Below, in pieces: positions 11,634-21,469 of a DNA stretch of 64,000 nt. How positions within the stretch are numbered: the stretch's first letter is position 1; each line of letters starts with the position of its first letter. Under the pieces are notes generated by a model, which saw nothing but the letters and a program-made list of their open reading frames with translations, did not search any database and had not been told where the DNA came from. Where the stretch lies: assembly GCA_964658305.1 (NCBI GenBank), contig OZ210885.1:7812001-7876000 (forward strand). The letters run 5' to 3'. Made by a program: the position numbers and the translations under genes. The DNA is from Leptogorgia sarmentosa. Taxonomy: Eukaryota.

Positions 11634-11729
11634 CTAAGTTAATATGCTGGAGCGAGTGATTGGTATCGGTGACGTGCGCCATTCTTTGAGGGACTTCTAA
11701 TTGGTCTAAAAAACAGAAATTGTTCCAGA

Positions 11730-11973
11730 AGTTTCAGTCAAGCACCTCACCCTACAACAGAAGCACGAAGCAAGGTTGGAAGTAAAGACCACCCCCTTAG
11801 CGTTACCCCCTAGAGGGCCCCGCAAACAGGCACGAACACGAAGAGTACTGCTGCCAAAATCAAGGCCAAACGACGCACGAACGAATGGCGAACACGTACG
11901 GAATTCACAACACTTGACAACACCACGCAGAAACACGAAGGGAATTCACAACACTTCTTCAAGTCTTCGATTC
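11730..11973 (-). repeat. Right arm, inner part (segment B + minisatellite stub)
   Basis: Reverse complement of about 8495-8686. Confidence 0.85.
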
Positions 11974-12047
11974 AGTAGACAATGAAATGAAAACGTGAAA
12001 GGATATTTTCCATATCAATGTGGAAGCACAATTATTTGATATTCAAG

Positions 12048-12816
12048 ATGGCGGTTGTAAAGGTACAATTTTACATCTTTTGTATTTTTGACATTTGCTT
12101 TATGTATTTGCAACAGTTTCTTGTTTTGCATGTATAAATTAAGAGCTTATGTATTGTAGAATTTAGGGAAAGGCAAAGAAGAGATAGAAATTACACTGGA
12201 AGACCAGCAACAAATTAATACATTTGCAAGGAGAAATACCAGAATGGACGAATTAAAAGATGAAATGGAAACAAAAAAAGTACGTTAACGCACCACTGGA
12301 GATAGTATCTAGCAAAAAATAGCGAGATAATTTCGTTATCTGGTTTCTGGGAGGTTATTAGATGTCTATCTAAAAGTGTTGACTGTTTTACTTTTCATGC
12401 AGAAAGATCTTCAAAATTTGGAAGATGCCTCTGATGAGCTTTTGATGGTTGAAGATTCGTTAATATCGTATCCTTTATTTAATACAAAGACAACGTGGGC
12501 TGATTTTTTCTGGCATTAAAGTTCAGGCAACTGGTGTTCATATGGAAATTGCAGCAAACAGGCTTTTGATTTAGGCTGTTCAATCACTTTTTGAAACCTT
12601 GACAGAACGCTCAGATACAAGGTTGGGGAAGTGTTTCTTCAGATGAGTCAAGAAGAAATTGAAGAACAGTTGGAGAGGGAAAAAACGAAAATTAAAGAAG
12701 AAATACAAAACTGTGAAGAACAGTTTACAGAGATTCAAGGTGTTTTGACATCTTTGAAAGCAAAGCTTTATGGGAAATTTGGAGACAGTATAAACTTAGA
12801 AGCAGACGAAGAGTAG
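12048..12816 (+). CDS. PFDN4: Prefoldin subunit 4 (133 aa); exons 12048-12062, 12160-12279, 12403-12467, 12615-12816
   Basis: Spliced frame MAVVK|NLGKGKEEIEITLEDQQQINTFARRN...|KDLQNLEDASDELLM..IS|YKVGEVF...LKAKLYGKFGDSINLEADEE*; GT-AG sites in phase; hallmark PFDN4 motifs. Confidence 0.95.
12468..12614 (+). other. U12-type (minor spliceosome) GT-AG intron in PFDN4
   Basis: Donor GTATCCTTT; branch point CCTTGAC (12597-12603) about 12 nt from the 3' end; no polypyrimidine tract. Confidence 0.88.
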
Positions 12817-13201
12817 ACCAATTTATTACCGATAAAATGTACAGAAATAGTTGTCATATTTATTTGATTTCCAGACGTGATCAGTGGTTGCAAGAAAAGG
12901 AAAATAGGGCAATATACCAACATAGTATGTCAAAGAGGGGTCGGACAGACAATGTGAATGAGAGTCAATTACCTATTACTTTGTTTATTGATTCTAAAGA
13001 TAATTACACTTTTTGCTAAATGTTCAATATAAAAGAGGTCCTTCCCAACATAACATTTTAAATATTTTCTAACAATCTTGAAGTAAGTCCATTGTATAGT
13101 TAATAAGCCAAAATATAAACATGTTCTTACATATCATTGAATATATAACACCTTCCACCTCTCCAGAAAAAAAATATGTTCAATATAAAAGAGCTCCTAT
13201 A

Positions 13202-14524
13202 TCACTTATACACTTCGTATTTCCGGTTTAAATATTTGGTGATTTCTTCGCACAACACAATCCACTTCTTGCCAAGGTCCTTAGCTTTAAGTCTATCTGG
13301 GTGGTAATGCAATAGACTTTCACGGAGAGCTTTTTTAACGTTTCGATTTTCACCGCTAAGGAAAGATTCGTTGAGCTTGTGATCTTTGTTCTTTGGTGGA
13401 TGTACTTTGTATATGTGACGCAAGAGAGCTTCTGCGTCCGTTGAAAGCTCTTCCAATTTCTTTATATCCGCTTTCAGCTCGAGCAAAATTGCATTTTTCT
13501 CAGTTGACCATGCTTCCTCTTCTTTTCTTACTGTTTCCTGCTGGTACCAATTCAGGGCTTCTGTAGCTTCCTGGTACCATTTCTCGGAGGTGAACACCCG
13601 TGGGTACATGGAGTTGCAAAGCTCAAGGCATCGCATGAAATTCTCCTTGGCTTTGACCTTCAGCTTAAGCACCTGGTCATAAACTCTTCCAAGACGACTA
13701 TGCCCAATAGCCTCAAACTCCACATCCTTTTCTCTCGTCAACAGAATTGCCTGTTTGTAGAAGTCAACAACCTCCCATACCATATCGACATTAAGGTTGT
13801 CTTCATCACATAACACTGATCTAAATAGGTCGTCCCCAGTTGAGCATGCCTGGATCGATTCAGCTGTGCATTGGTGCAGGAAAATATCACCCTCAAAAAC
13901 AGCCACTTCTGTGGACACAAATGGATCACAATGACCATATCTCCTCGCCTCTTCAACAGGATGGTAACATTCGCGCATCAGGAACAAACATTCTTTATAC
14001 TTGCCATCAGCAAGCTCGGAGACGCCCGCTTTAAAAGTGGCATCGGCCAGGCTCAGGTAGCAGTACGCCTTCAGGTTTTCTTCACTGATTTCACAAGCGA
14101 TGTCATTGAGAAACTTTGACCTTTCTTTAAAGTTGCTCAGGTTCTGGGAGAACTCAATAGCGTCCTCGATAAACTGCCTTGTCGTTGTGAGCAACGGTTC
14201 AATCCAGCTTTTTGGCTTGCTTGTAAGGCCAGCGTTATACGAGATGGAGAAGTACTTTGCAGCTTCTTTTAGATGATAAATATGAGCAAATTTTTCTTCG
14301 ATAACATCGGCGAGACGCCATGACGCCATGGCCAAATTTTTCGCAGCGCTAGAAAGCTCGTCGTTGTTTGACTGTGTTTCGAAAGCATTCGCGTAGATAC
14401 TTATGGCTTGTTGAATGCGGTCTTTCCGAAGCGTTGGGCCTAAGTTAGCAGCCGAAAGATAAATTTCGTTGCCTTTCTTTCTCCACTCACAAGAAACTGA
14501 TTTGCTGGACGGAGTGGACGCCAT
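13202..14524 (-). CDS. Intronless 440-aa TPR-like helical protein with C-terminal J-domain-like module
   Basis: Long intact ORF; TPR-like segments (WRKKGNEIY, AIGHSRLGRVY..AKENF); C-terminal VKKALRESLLHYHPD..LCEEITKYLN with HPD motif. Confidence 0.85.
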   Translation of the reverse strand: MASTPSSKSVSCEWRKKGNEIYLSAANLGPTLRKDRIQQAISIYANAFETQSNNDELSSAAKNLAMASWRLADVIEEKFAHIYHLKEAAKYFSISYNAGLTSKPKSWIEPLLTTTRQFIEDAIEFSQNLSNFKERSKFLNDIACEISEENLKAYCYLSLADATFKAGVSELADGKYKECLFLMRECYHPVEEARRYGHCDPFVSTEVAVFEGDIFLHQCTAESIQACSTGDDLFRSVLCDEDNLNVDMVWEVVDFYKQAILLTREKDVEFEAIGHSRLGRVYDQVLKLKVKAKENFMRCLELCNSMYPRVFTSEKWYQEATEALNWYQQETVRKEEEAWSTEKNAILLELKADIKKLEELSTDAEALLRHIYKVHPPKNKDHKLNESFLSGENRNVKKALRESLLHYHPDRLKAKDLGKKWIVLCEEITKYLNRKYEVYK

Positions 14525-14604
14525 ATCCGCGCACTTTCTCCTTCAAACCACGTTGTATCAAAGTTTACAAAAGTTTTACTGTGTAACAGTGTAAGATGAT
14601 TCCA

Positions 14605-14737
14605 TTCTTCAAGTCTTCGATTCTTCAACTCTTCGATTCTTCAAGTCTTCGCCCGAAGGCGATTTACTTGCTATTCTGAGCCATATTTTAACAGAGAAAA
14701 GCGAGCTTAACATTATGGGACGCGGCCACCCTGAAGG
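14605..14737 (-). repeat. Right arm, outer part (minisatellite + segment A)
   Basis: Reverse complement of about 8259-8370. Confidence 0.85.
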
Positions 14738-14951
14738 AACACTGCGGTCAAACGTTTACGCATGCGCGAGTTGTCGTTCGAAGAGAAGTTTCACAACGTG
14801 GAAAATGCAAGAGTTCGTGAGATATTCTATTGCATTTTTGATAACAAAAAAACGATAAATCTTGTCAAGTACAACTTGATAATACAGAAAGGCCATGTCC
14901 ATGACAATGCCCGCAATGGTGATTACAACACTTTCTGGTGTTTGAAACAGA

Positions 14952-15023
14952 TGCCGTGACCAGGATTCGAACCTAGGTTATTGCTGTCACAACGCAATGT
15001 ACTAACCACTATACGATCACGGC
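14952..15023 (-). tRNA. tRNA-His(GTG), anticodon-stem mismatch
   Basis: 72-nt His sequence; inverted paralog of 5311-5385. Confidence 0.8.
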
Positions 15024-15162
15024 GACTTCGCTGCAAGAATTGAAAATGTTTTGGAACGGCTGAGATATTACATTAAGCCCGTATTTATCTTCCTCAGTAC
15101 AAAGTACATTAGAGATTCGATACAATCAATGGCTTGTATGATTCTCGCTTAGGGTGCGGGAG

Positions 15163-16712
15163 GCAGAATAATATTTTGGGCTCACTTTGCTCGGGAAGTA
15201 CTGGGTCGAGAATATTATACAGCAATTCTGACTCTAAACAGAAAATATTGTCTTTTATTTTTTTCCGGTCCGTAACTCCCGGTCCGTAACCTAAATACAG
15301 CTTTCTGATTGGTTGCCGAGCGGTCCGTAACCTACTTTACGGACCGCTCGCATGCATTCTCGTAGATTAATACAAATATAGTCAATGTTTTTGTTTTTTA
15401 AAATTGAATGGCCGCTTATTAAAATATTCAAAACGAATTCAGGCGATAAAGAACACATGAAAGTTCATTTTATTATGCTAAGGGTTATTTTAGGGAGTAT
15501 TTACAGCGACAAAAACAAGTCTCGTCAGTATCAACAAAACAAAACAAAACATTGTCGGCGAAATATTTCGGTGTCTAAAGCGTATTTTAACCATGTTTCT
15601 ATCGTGAAACAACTGGAAAAATAAATAATTTTAACAAGTTTACCCTTTTCATCGTAATGTTGAGTGGAAAAGCGTGAATATGGAAGAAAATCCGTGAAAA
15701 TTGAAGGGTTTTTTCTCACTTCGTCTTGGCTGTTTAGCGGCCATACTTGCGATAGAGTAGCAAAGTAAACAAACAAACTGATCTCAAAATCTAGTTCGCA
15801 ACACTGGAATTTTTGACGAATTTTATCATAACATCGAGGAAAAAAAATAAATAAGTTATTTACCATTTAGGTCGGTCCGTTCGGCCTCGGGCCGTTTTTG
15901 AGACCTCGACAAAATATTTTCCAGTACGGACCTCCCAGCTGGTAAATAACATATATTTCTTTTTCTTTTTGTTTTTCTAATCCTGGCCCAAACAGTAATT
16001 CTGACCCTAACAACAAAATGCTGAGAAAAAGAGCTTGAAAATAAACAAACAAAATGAAAAAAAAGCAAAATGACAAAAAGCCAACACGCGAGAATCGAAC
16101 CTGCAGGGTCGCTACTGGCAAGTAGGGACCGTAACTCCTGAGCTAACGAAGCTCGACAAAATTGCCGTTAAAAAGCTTTTATATGAATAGATTTTGCAAT
16201 ATAACATATATTATTATACATTTAAAATTTATTCTCGTTCCTGATTGGTCAGAAAGCACCGGCTAATTCTCAGTATTCGGTATTTATTACGTATTTTCCG
16301 CCGATGACGTCATCAGCGTCCAATAATTATTTTTTTGGATCGAACTTGCATCCAAAAAAATTATTATTGGACTCTCTCGTGCCCAAGCCCTAGCGCTGTC
16401 AAAAGCTTGAAGCTAAAAGCGCGCGAAAAAACAAACAAACAAACAATGGCCTGCAGCAGATTTGCTTCGCGGAATGAGAGTGAACTCTCTTTTAAATGTA
16501 TAATAAAACAATTATTGGATTCGGCTTTCGCATGATATCAAGAATTATTCAGACCTCGGTCAATGTTATCCGCCTCAGCTTCGCTTCGGCAGATAACATT
16601 GACTTCGGTCTGAATAATTCTTGATATCATGCTCAGCCTCATCCAATAATTGTTTAAAGTACGCGCGGTTACCAAGTATCCCAAAGAAAGTGAGCCCAAA
16701 ATAATTTTCTGC
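15163..16712. mobile_element. Mutator-like non-autonomous element with two nested hairpin-ended elements
   Basis: TIR GCAGAA(T/A)A(A/T)TATTTTGGGCTCACTTT, 9-bp TSD GTGCGGGAG; partial copies ending at 6077 and starting at 19516 and 20629. Confidence 0.85.
16212..16655. mobile_element. Hairpin-ended element H1, inverted copy
   Basis: Reverse complement of 666-1122. Confidence 0.8.
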
Positions 16713-16870
16713 GTGCGGGAGGTCACCGGTTTGATTCCCGTGCAAGCCCTAGTTAGTAAACCAACTAAGTTGTTCTCTTTTTTGAAAGCTTTCCAAAATC
16801 CTTAGTAAATCCCACTCAAAAAATCGGTTACTTTTACCGTCACGACGTCTGAATAACATCACACCAAACA

Positions 16871-16944
16871 CGTCCCTGGTTGGACTCGAACCAACAACCT
16901 TTCGGTTAACAGCCGAACGCACTAACCAGTTGCGCCACACAGAC
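16871..16944 (-). tRNA. tRNA-Asn(GTT)
   Basis: 74-nt cloverleaf, anticodon arm TTCGG-CTGTTAA-CCGAA; one acceptor mismatch. Confidence 0.85.
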
Positions 16945-17151
16945 CACAGAGATATACTCGTGAATTTTCCAAAGACCTCAAATAGCACTCGTCCTTCGGA
17001 GTTGAGTTAGAAGTTGAAAACTTTGCTTTAAAAAAGTTTCTTAGTGAACTTCTTTTTATAACTTTTCTCTTTTTTCTCCTTTACTGCATCCTATAACACC
17101 AAAATTTTTCCAAATACATTGCGCATAGAAAATTTTGAAAATTTGCTGTTG

Positions 17152-17250
17152 TGTAGTCGGCAGGATTTGAACCTGTGCGGGAATTGAACCTGTGCGGGAA
17201 TTTCCCAACAGATTTCAAGTCTGTCGCCTTAACCACTCGGCCACGACTAC
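17152..17250 (-). pseudogene. tRNA-Ser(TGA) with internal 17-nt duplication
   Basis: TTGAACCTGTGCGGGAA is duplicated across the variable/T arm. Confidence 0.8.
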
Positions 17251-17465
17251 GTTGACATTAATATTGGCTTGCACTTCGATATGAATAAATCTTCAATCTG
17301 CCCGTAAACTCGAACAAATTTTTTTAGTACTTAACAGAAGGACTAATCGTGTTCAAGTATTGGTGGATATATTTAACACGAATGGCAGTATATGCATCTT
17401 GACCCTTTGGGTTGCATTTTTTCCCATGAAGTTGAAAGTTTTACAGTTTATAGGTGTGATAAATT

Positions 17466-17537
17466 AAGGAGCGGGCGGGTTTGAACCACCGATCTCTCGA
17501 TCTGCAGTCGAATGCTCTACCACTGAGCTACACTCCC
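17466..17537 (-). tRNA. tRNA-Cys(GCA)
   Basis: Intact; inverted paralog of 327-398 and 2038-2109. Confidence 0.9.
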
Positions 17538-17840
17538 TGTGCTCTCGACTAGGTTAATTACGTACATATACTTTCAAACGCAGCTATAATCAATTCACGG
17601 ACCTCTGTTCTTTCAATTTTACATTCAAATACAAAATCTTTCTTGGCATGTTTCATAACTCTAATGCAATAAAAAACGCGACTTCTTTCTGTTGATTTTG
17701 TAGATGGAAAACTTGGGCATTGAATCTGTCACTTTAAACACTCAGCCACCACCACCGAGAACACAACTTCCTGTTATCGAGTTTTTTCACCAAAAAATCA
17801 TGTTCACATTCGAGGACAAAATCGTGAAGGCTTTGCATAA

Positions 17841-17915
17841 CGTAGTCGGCAGGATTTGCGCGGGAAACTCCCAACAGATTTCTAGTCTGTCGCCTAACCT
17901 CTCGGCCATGATTAC
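17841..17915 (-). pseudogene. tRNA-Ser(AGA) with T-arm deletion
   Basis: Ser sequence lacking part of the B box. Confidence 0.75.
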
Positions 17916-18329
17916 GTTGCTTGGACGTGCGAACTATTTTTGAAAGATGCACGACTTGCAATTACTTTTACCAGTGCATGCATGTTTTTTAATTTATCAA
18001 CATGTTTTTTTATCTAAATTAGAAAAGCATCTGAATCCCACTCCTGCATCTTGGTGCACTACACGAGAAGTATACCAATTCCTCAATTTCACCCTCCCAA
18101 ACACTAACAAGATAATACAAAAACAACATAAACACAGTATTTCCGATGACCATTGAAAATTGGCAATGGTTTTAAAATCGTTCGATTCTAACTGCGATTG
18201 ATTGAAAAAATTCCAATAAAATAACGTGTGCCTCCGTCACGTATTCGGCTCACGTCAGTTGTCAAGAGAAAATCAGAACGGGATGTAGCAAAGAATAAAT
18301 GTGGTAGCAAATTCCATGTTTTCATGTGA

Positions 18330-18384
18330 GTCAGCATAACTGAGCGGTCTAAGGCGCCAGACTCAAGTGCAGAAACTTGTCACG
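18330..18384 (+). pseudogene. tRNA-Leu(CAA) 5' half
   Basis: Exon 1 and start of intron, matching the 3681 copy. Confidence 0.75.
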
Positions 18385-18432
18385 AGAAATTCCAAACAAA
18401 AAAATATCTCCAGTGAAAAAAGCTCATATGTA

Positions 18433-18505
18433 TGTTTCCGCCGAGGTTCGAACTGAGGACCTTGCGCGTGTTAAGCGCATGTGATAACCACTACACTACG
18501 GAAAC
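18433..18505 (-). tRNA. tRNA-Val(AAC)
   Basis: 73-nt cloverleaf; one T-stem mismatch. Confidence 0.85.
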
Positions 18506-18820
18506 TGACCTATGCCCAAAATAATTCATTTAAAATTAATTAGATAATTATTGTTCGAAATTTGTGGTGCCATTTCGTGGTTTTAAGTTACAACTTTCAC
18601 ACAGGAAGTCAATACGCGAGGAACTTGTAACAGGAAGTGAGGAACTTCTTACAGACTTATCGACTCTGGGAGTAATCGTTTGTCAAAGATAGAAAACCAG
18701 GACATATAATCTGAATTTTAATCATTTTGCAAATGAATGAATTATTGAGGAATAGCAAAGGTAAATTAGGTAATAAAATTCAACAGCAAGCTTCTGAAAT
18801 CAACATGCAGTTGACAGCGT

Positions 18821-18905
18821 GCCTCATTCGCTCAGGCGTTAGAGCACTGGTCTAGTAAAGCAGCTGGTAAACCAGGGTTTCAGAGTTCCAATCTCTGATG
18901 AGGCT
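18821..18905 (+). pseudogene. tRNA-Thr(AGT) with ~12-nt insertion in the anticodon arm
   Basis: GCCTCATT...CTGGTCTAGTAAA[insert]CCAG...TGATGAGGCT; A and B box mutations. Confidence 0.7.
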
Positions 18906-19057
18906 CATTTTTCTCGATTTCTTCGAAGCACAGTGAAGGCAATTGCCACGAATATGTTGCATGAGGTATCCAAGATGTGTGGAGACTGATCAAATAAAAA
19001 ACCTAATCAAAGAGCTTATGTAGGATAAAGCATCTTAGAAGCTTTCACTTGCAGGTC

Positions 19058-19131
19058 GCCTCATTAGCTCAGGGGTATAGAGACCTGGTTTCGTAAACCA
19101 GGGGTCCAGAGTTCAATTATCTGATGACGCT
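19058..19131 (+). tRNA. tRNA-Thr(CGT), degenerate
   Basis: Anticodon arm CTGGT-TTCGTAA-ACCAG; stem mismatches. Confidence 0.7.
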
Positions 19132-19319
19132 ATGAGGATAATTGTTGGTAAATACAAGTTTTTGTAAATCGTGTTATAACATGTTTGGAAGTGAAGGGAA
19201 TTCTTGCGATATTATGAAATGTGAATAGAAGCTAAATTTTTAAAGAATTTTTTTTACTGAAATGGCAAATTATTATGGTAAATAAATTTATATTATGAAA
19301 TTTATGATCGAAACGAGGT

Positions 19320-19392
19320 GCCTCATTAGCTCAGTGGTTAGAGCACTGGTCTTGTAAACCAGGTGTCCAGAGTTCAAATCTCTGATGAGGCT
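19320..19392 (+). tRNA. tRNA-Thr(TGT)
   Basis: Intact 73-nt cloverleaf with T-run terminator. Confidence 0.92.
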
Positions 19393-19655
19393 CTATTTTT
19401 CTCGATTGCTTCGAAGAACGAGGAAGACAATTGCCGCAAATACACTGCATGAGCTATCCAACTTGTTAAAACTGATCAATTAAAATACTTAACAAGGAAT
19501 ACATATATGCAGCAAGCAGAAATTTATTTTGGGCTCACTTTACTCGGGAGGTACCAAGTCGAGAATATTATATGGCAATTCTGTTTCTAAACAGAAAAAT
19601 ATTGTCTTTTCTTTTAATTTCTTTTTTCTTTTTGTTTTCTAATCCAGGCACAAAC

Positions 19656-19702
19656 CTGACTGGTGCCTACACCAGCGCTTTAGACGACTCGGCCACGCTA
19701 CC
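19656..19702 (-). pseudogene. tRNA-Leu(TAG) 5' half
   Basis: Matches about 6658-6704; fused to a Mutator-like fragment (19516-19655). Confidence 0.7.
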
Positions 19703-19823
19703 TGGACGTGCAGACAATATCATTTCCTTTTAGTAAACATCCACATCGTTTAAAGAGATGTCTTTCGATATCAATGAAAGGAAGAAGCGTTTAACAATTC
19801 GGAACTTTGCCATTAAGTGTTAA

Positions 19824-19895
19824 GGTTCTGTGGTGTAATGGTTAGCACTTTGGACTTTGAATCCAGCGATCCGAGTTCAAGTCTCGGCAGAACCT
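19824..19895 (+). tRNA. tRNA-Gln(TTG)
   Basis: Intact 72-nt cloverleaf. Confidence 0.92.
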
Positions 19896-20231
19896 AGATT
19901 AATGTAGACATTTGAAACGTTGCATAAGGTAGCGAATTTCAATACGTTTCTATTACAATGTCCATAGTTAGTTGAAAAAGAAAACAATTAATTGATGCGA
20001 AGGTGAACTTCTTATTTTAGTTGCGATAGTGATAATCGATACTCGGTTGTAGAAGCTTTAACGCGTGAAATTAGAAACGATTGAAAAATAATCAAGAATT
20101 TGGAAACCAATGAAAAAACTCTGTCCATGAAGAGATCGTTTGTGGTTATAAAATAGTTTTATAGCTAAAAGTCGATGATATCGGAAAATATTAATTTTAC
20201 TTTCCTCTGTTATGGATAAAATAATTATGAG

Positions 20232-20458
20232 CATGCCTAATTTTAGTGTGCAGTGATAACCAATTTGTGCAGTGATAAAGTAAAATGAGCAGTGATAAAA
20301 AGCAAAATGTGCAGTGATAAGAACCTAAAATGTCTCAAAAAGTAGTAACAGTAGGGTGGTACAAGAACATGGTTAGTTTCCAGGGCATAATTGTACTAGG
20401 CTAAAACTTTACATGAAATTAAATGTGCAGTGATAAAAAATTCTTAAAATTAGGTATG
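20232..20458. mobile_element. hAT-type MITE
   Basis: TIR CATGCCTAATTTT/AAAATTAGGTATG, 8-bp TSD ATTATGAG, repeated GCAGTGATAA subterminal motif. Confidence 0.85.
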
Positions 20459-20538
20459 ATTATGAGATTATGTCTGTGTTACAAAGCTACGTTTTTCTTG
20501 TGTTGCAATTGAAATCGAAACCCATCAGAATGAAAATA

Positions 20539-20577
20539 CTTTCCGTTAGCCGGGAATCGAACCCCGCTCCCCGGCGC
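20539..20577 (-). pseudogene. tRNA-Asp-like 3' fragment
   Basis: Reverse complement GCGGGGTTCGATTCCCGGCTAACGGAAG, interrupted by a CAGGGCCGG MITE-like end. Confidence 0.5.
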
Positions 20578-20968
20578 AGGGCCGGATCAACGTTTGGTGG
20601 GGCCCGGGGCTTCTAATCAGCGCGGGACGCAGAAATTTATTTTGGGCTCACTTTCTTTGGGATACTTGGTAACCGCGCGTATTTTATGTGTTGTATTGCA
20701 AAATCTATACATTTAAAAGGTTTTTACCGGCGATTTTGTCGAGCTTCGTTGGCTCAGAGGTTCTGTTCTGGTCCCGACTCGCTTGCAGCGACCCCGCTGG
20801 TTTGATTCTCGCGTGTTGTTTTTTGTGTTATTTTGGGGTTTTTTCTTTCTAGCTTTTTGGAAATAATTTGAATTTAATCATTTTGCAACATGCAGTGAAT
20901 AGTGAAGTATTGCAAAAGTAATGAAAGTCAACGGCAAGCTTCTGAGAGTAACACTGAGTTATCAACGT

Positions 20969-20999
20969 GCCTCATTAGCTCAGGGGTTAGGCATGGTCT
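20969..20999 (+). pseudogene. tRNA-Thr 5' fragment
   Basis: GCCTCATTAGCTCAGGGGTTAG, interrupted by a CAGCGGTGTAG MITE-like end. Confidence 0.65.
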
Positions 21000-21241
21000 C
21001 AGCGGTGTAGTCCTGTAGTTTTAACAAGGTGGGCTGTCTCTAACACGGAGGATTCTGACATCGGGGGGTCAATTGGTGCGACAACGTTAAAATATACATT
21101 TTTTTACTTTTGTCACTATTTATTGTGTAATTGAGACTTAACAAAGGTTGTTTTTAAATGTTAAATGTTAGAAAACGTCAGCTGGTAACAGCATTGCTAT
21201 GTAGGCAACAAAATAGTGAAAATGTTTTGGAGTCAGATAAC

Positions 21242-21314
21242 GGCTTCATTTGAGATTTGAACTCTGGACCCCTGGTTTACAAGACCAGTGCTCTAACCAC
21301 TGAGCTAATGAGGC
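21242..21314 (-). tRNA. tRNA-Thr(TGT)
   Basis: Inverted paralog of 19320-19392 with a few substitutions. Confidence 0.82.
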
Positions 21315-21469
21315 ACCTCGTATTGATCATAAATTTCATAATATAAATTTATTAACCATAATAATTTGCCTTATGCTAACGTCTATTTCAGTAAAAAAAA
21401 TTCTTTAAAAATGTGGCTTCTATTCACATTTCATAATATCGCAAGAATTCCCCTGGACCAGTGCTACTA

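Larger units (their letters stand above)
15131..16749 (+). pseudogene. tRNA-Pro(AGG) split by a transposon (halves 15131-15162 and 16713-16749)
   Basis: Removing 15163-16721 rebuilds the Pro anticodon arm, T-arm and acceptor; D arm partly deleted. Confidence 0.8.

Noticed and set aside
18821..18905. Novel intron in tRNA-Thr(AGT)
   Set aside because: The insert looks like a local duplication and both promoter boxes are mutated
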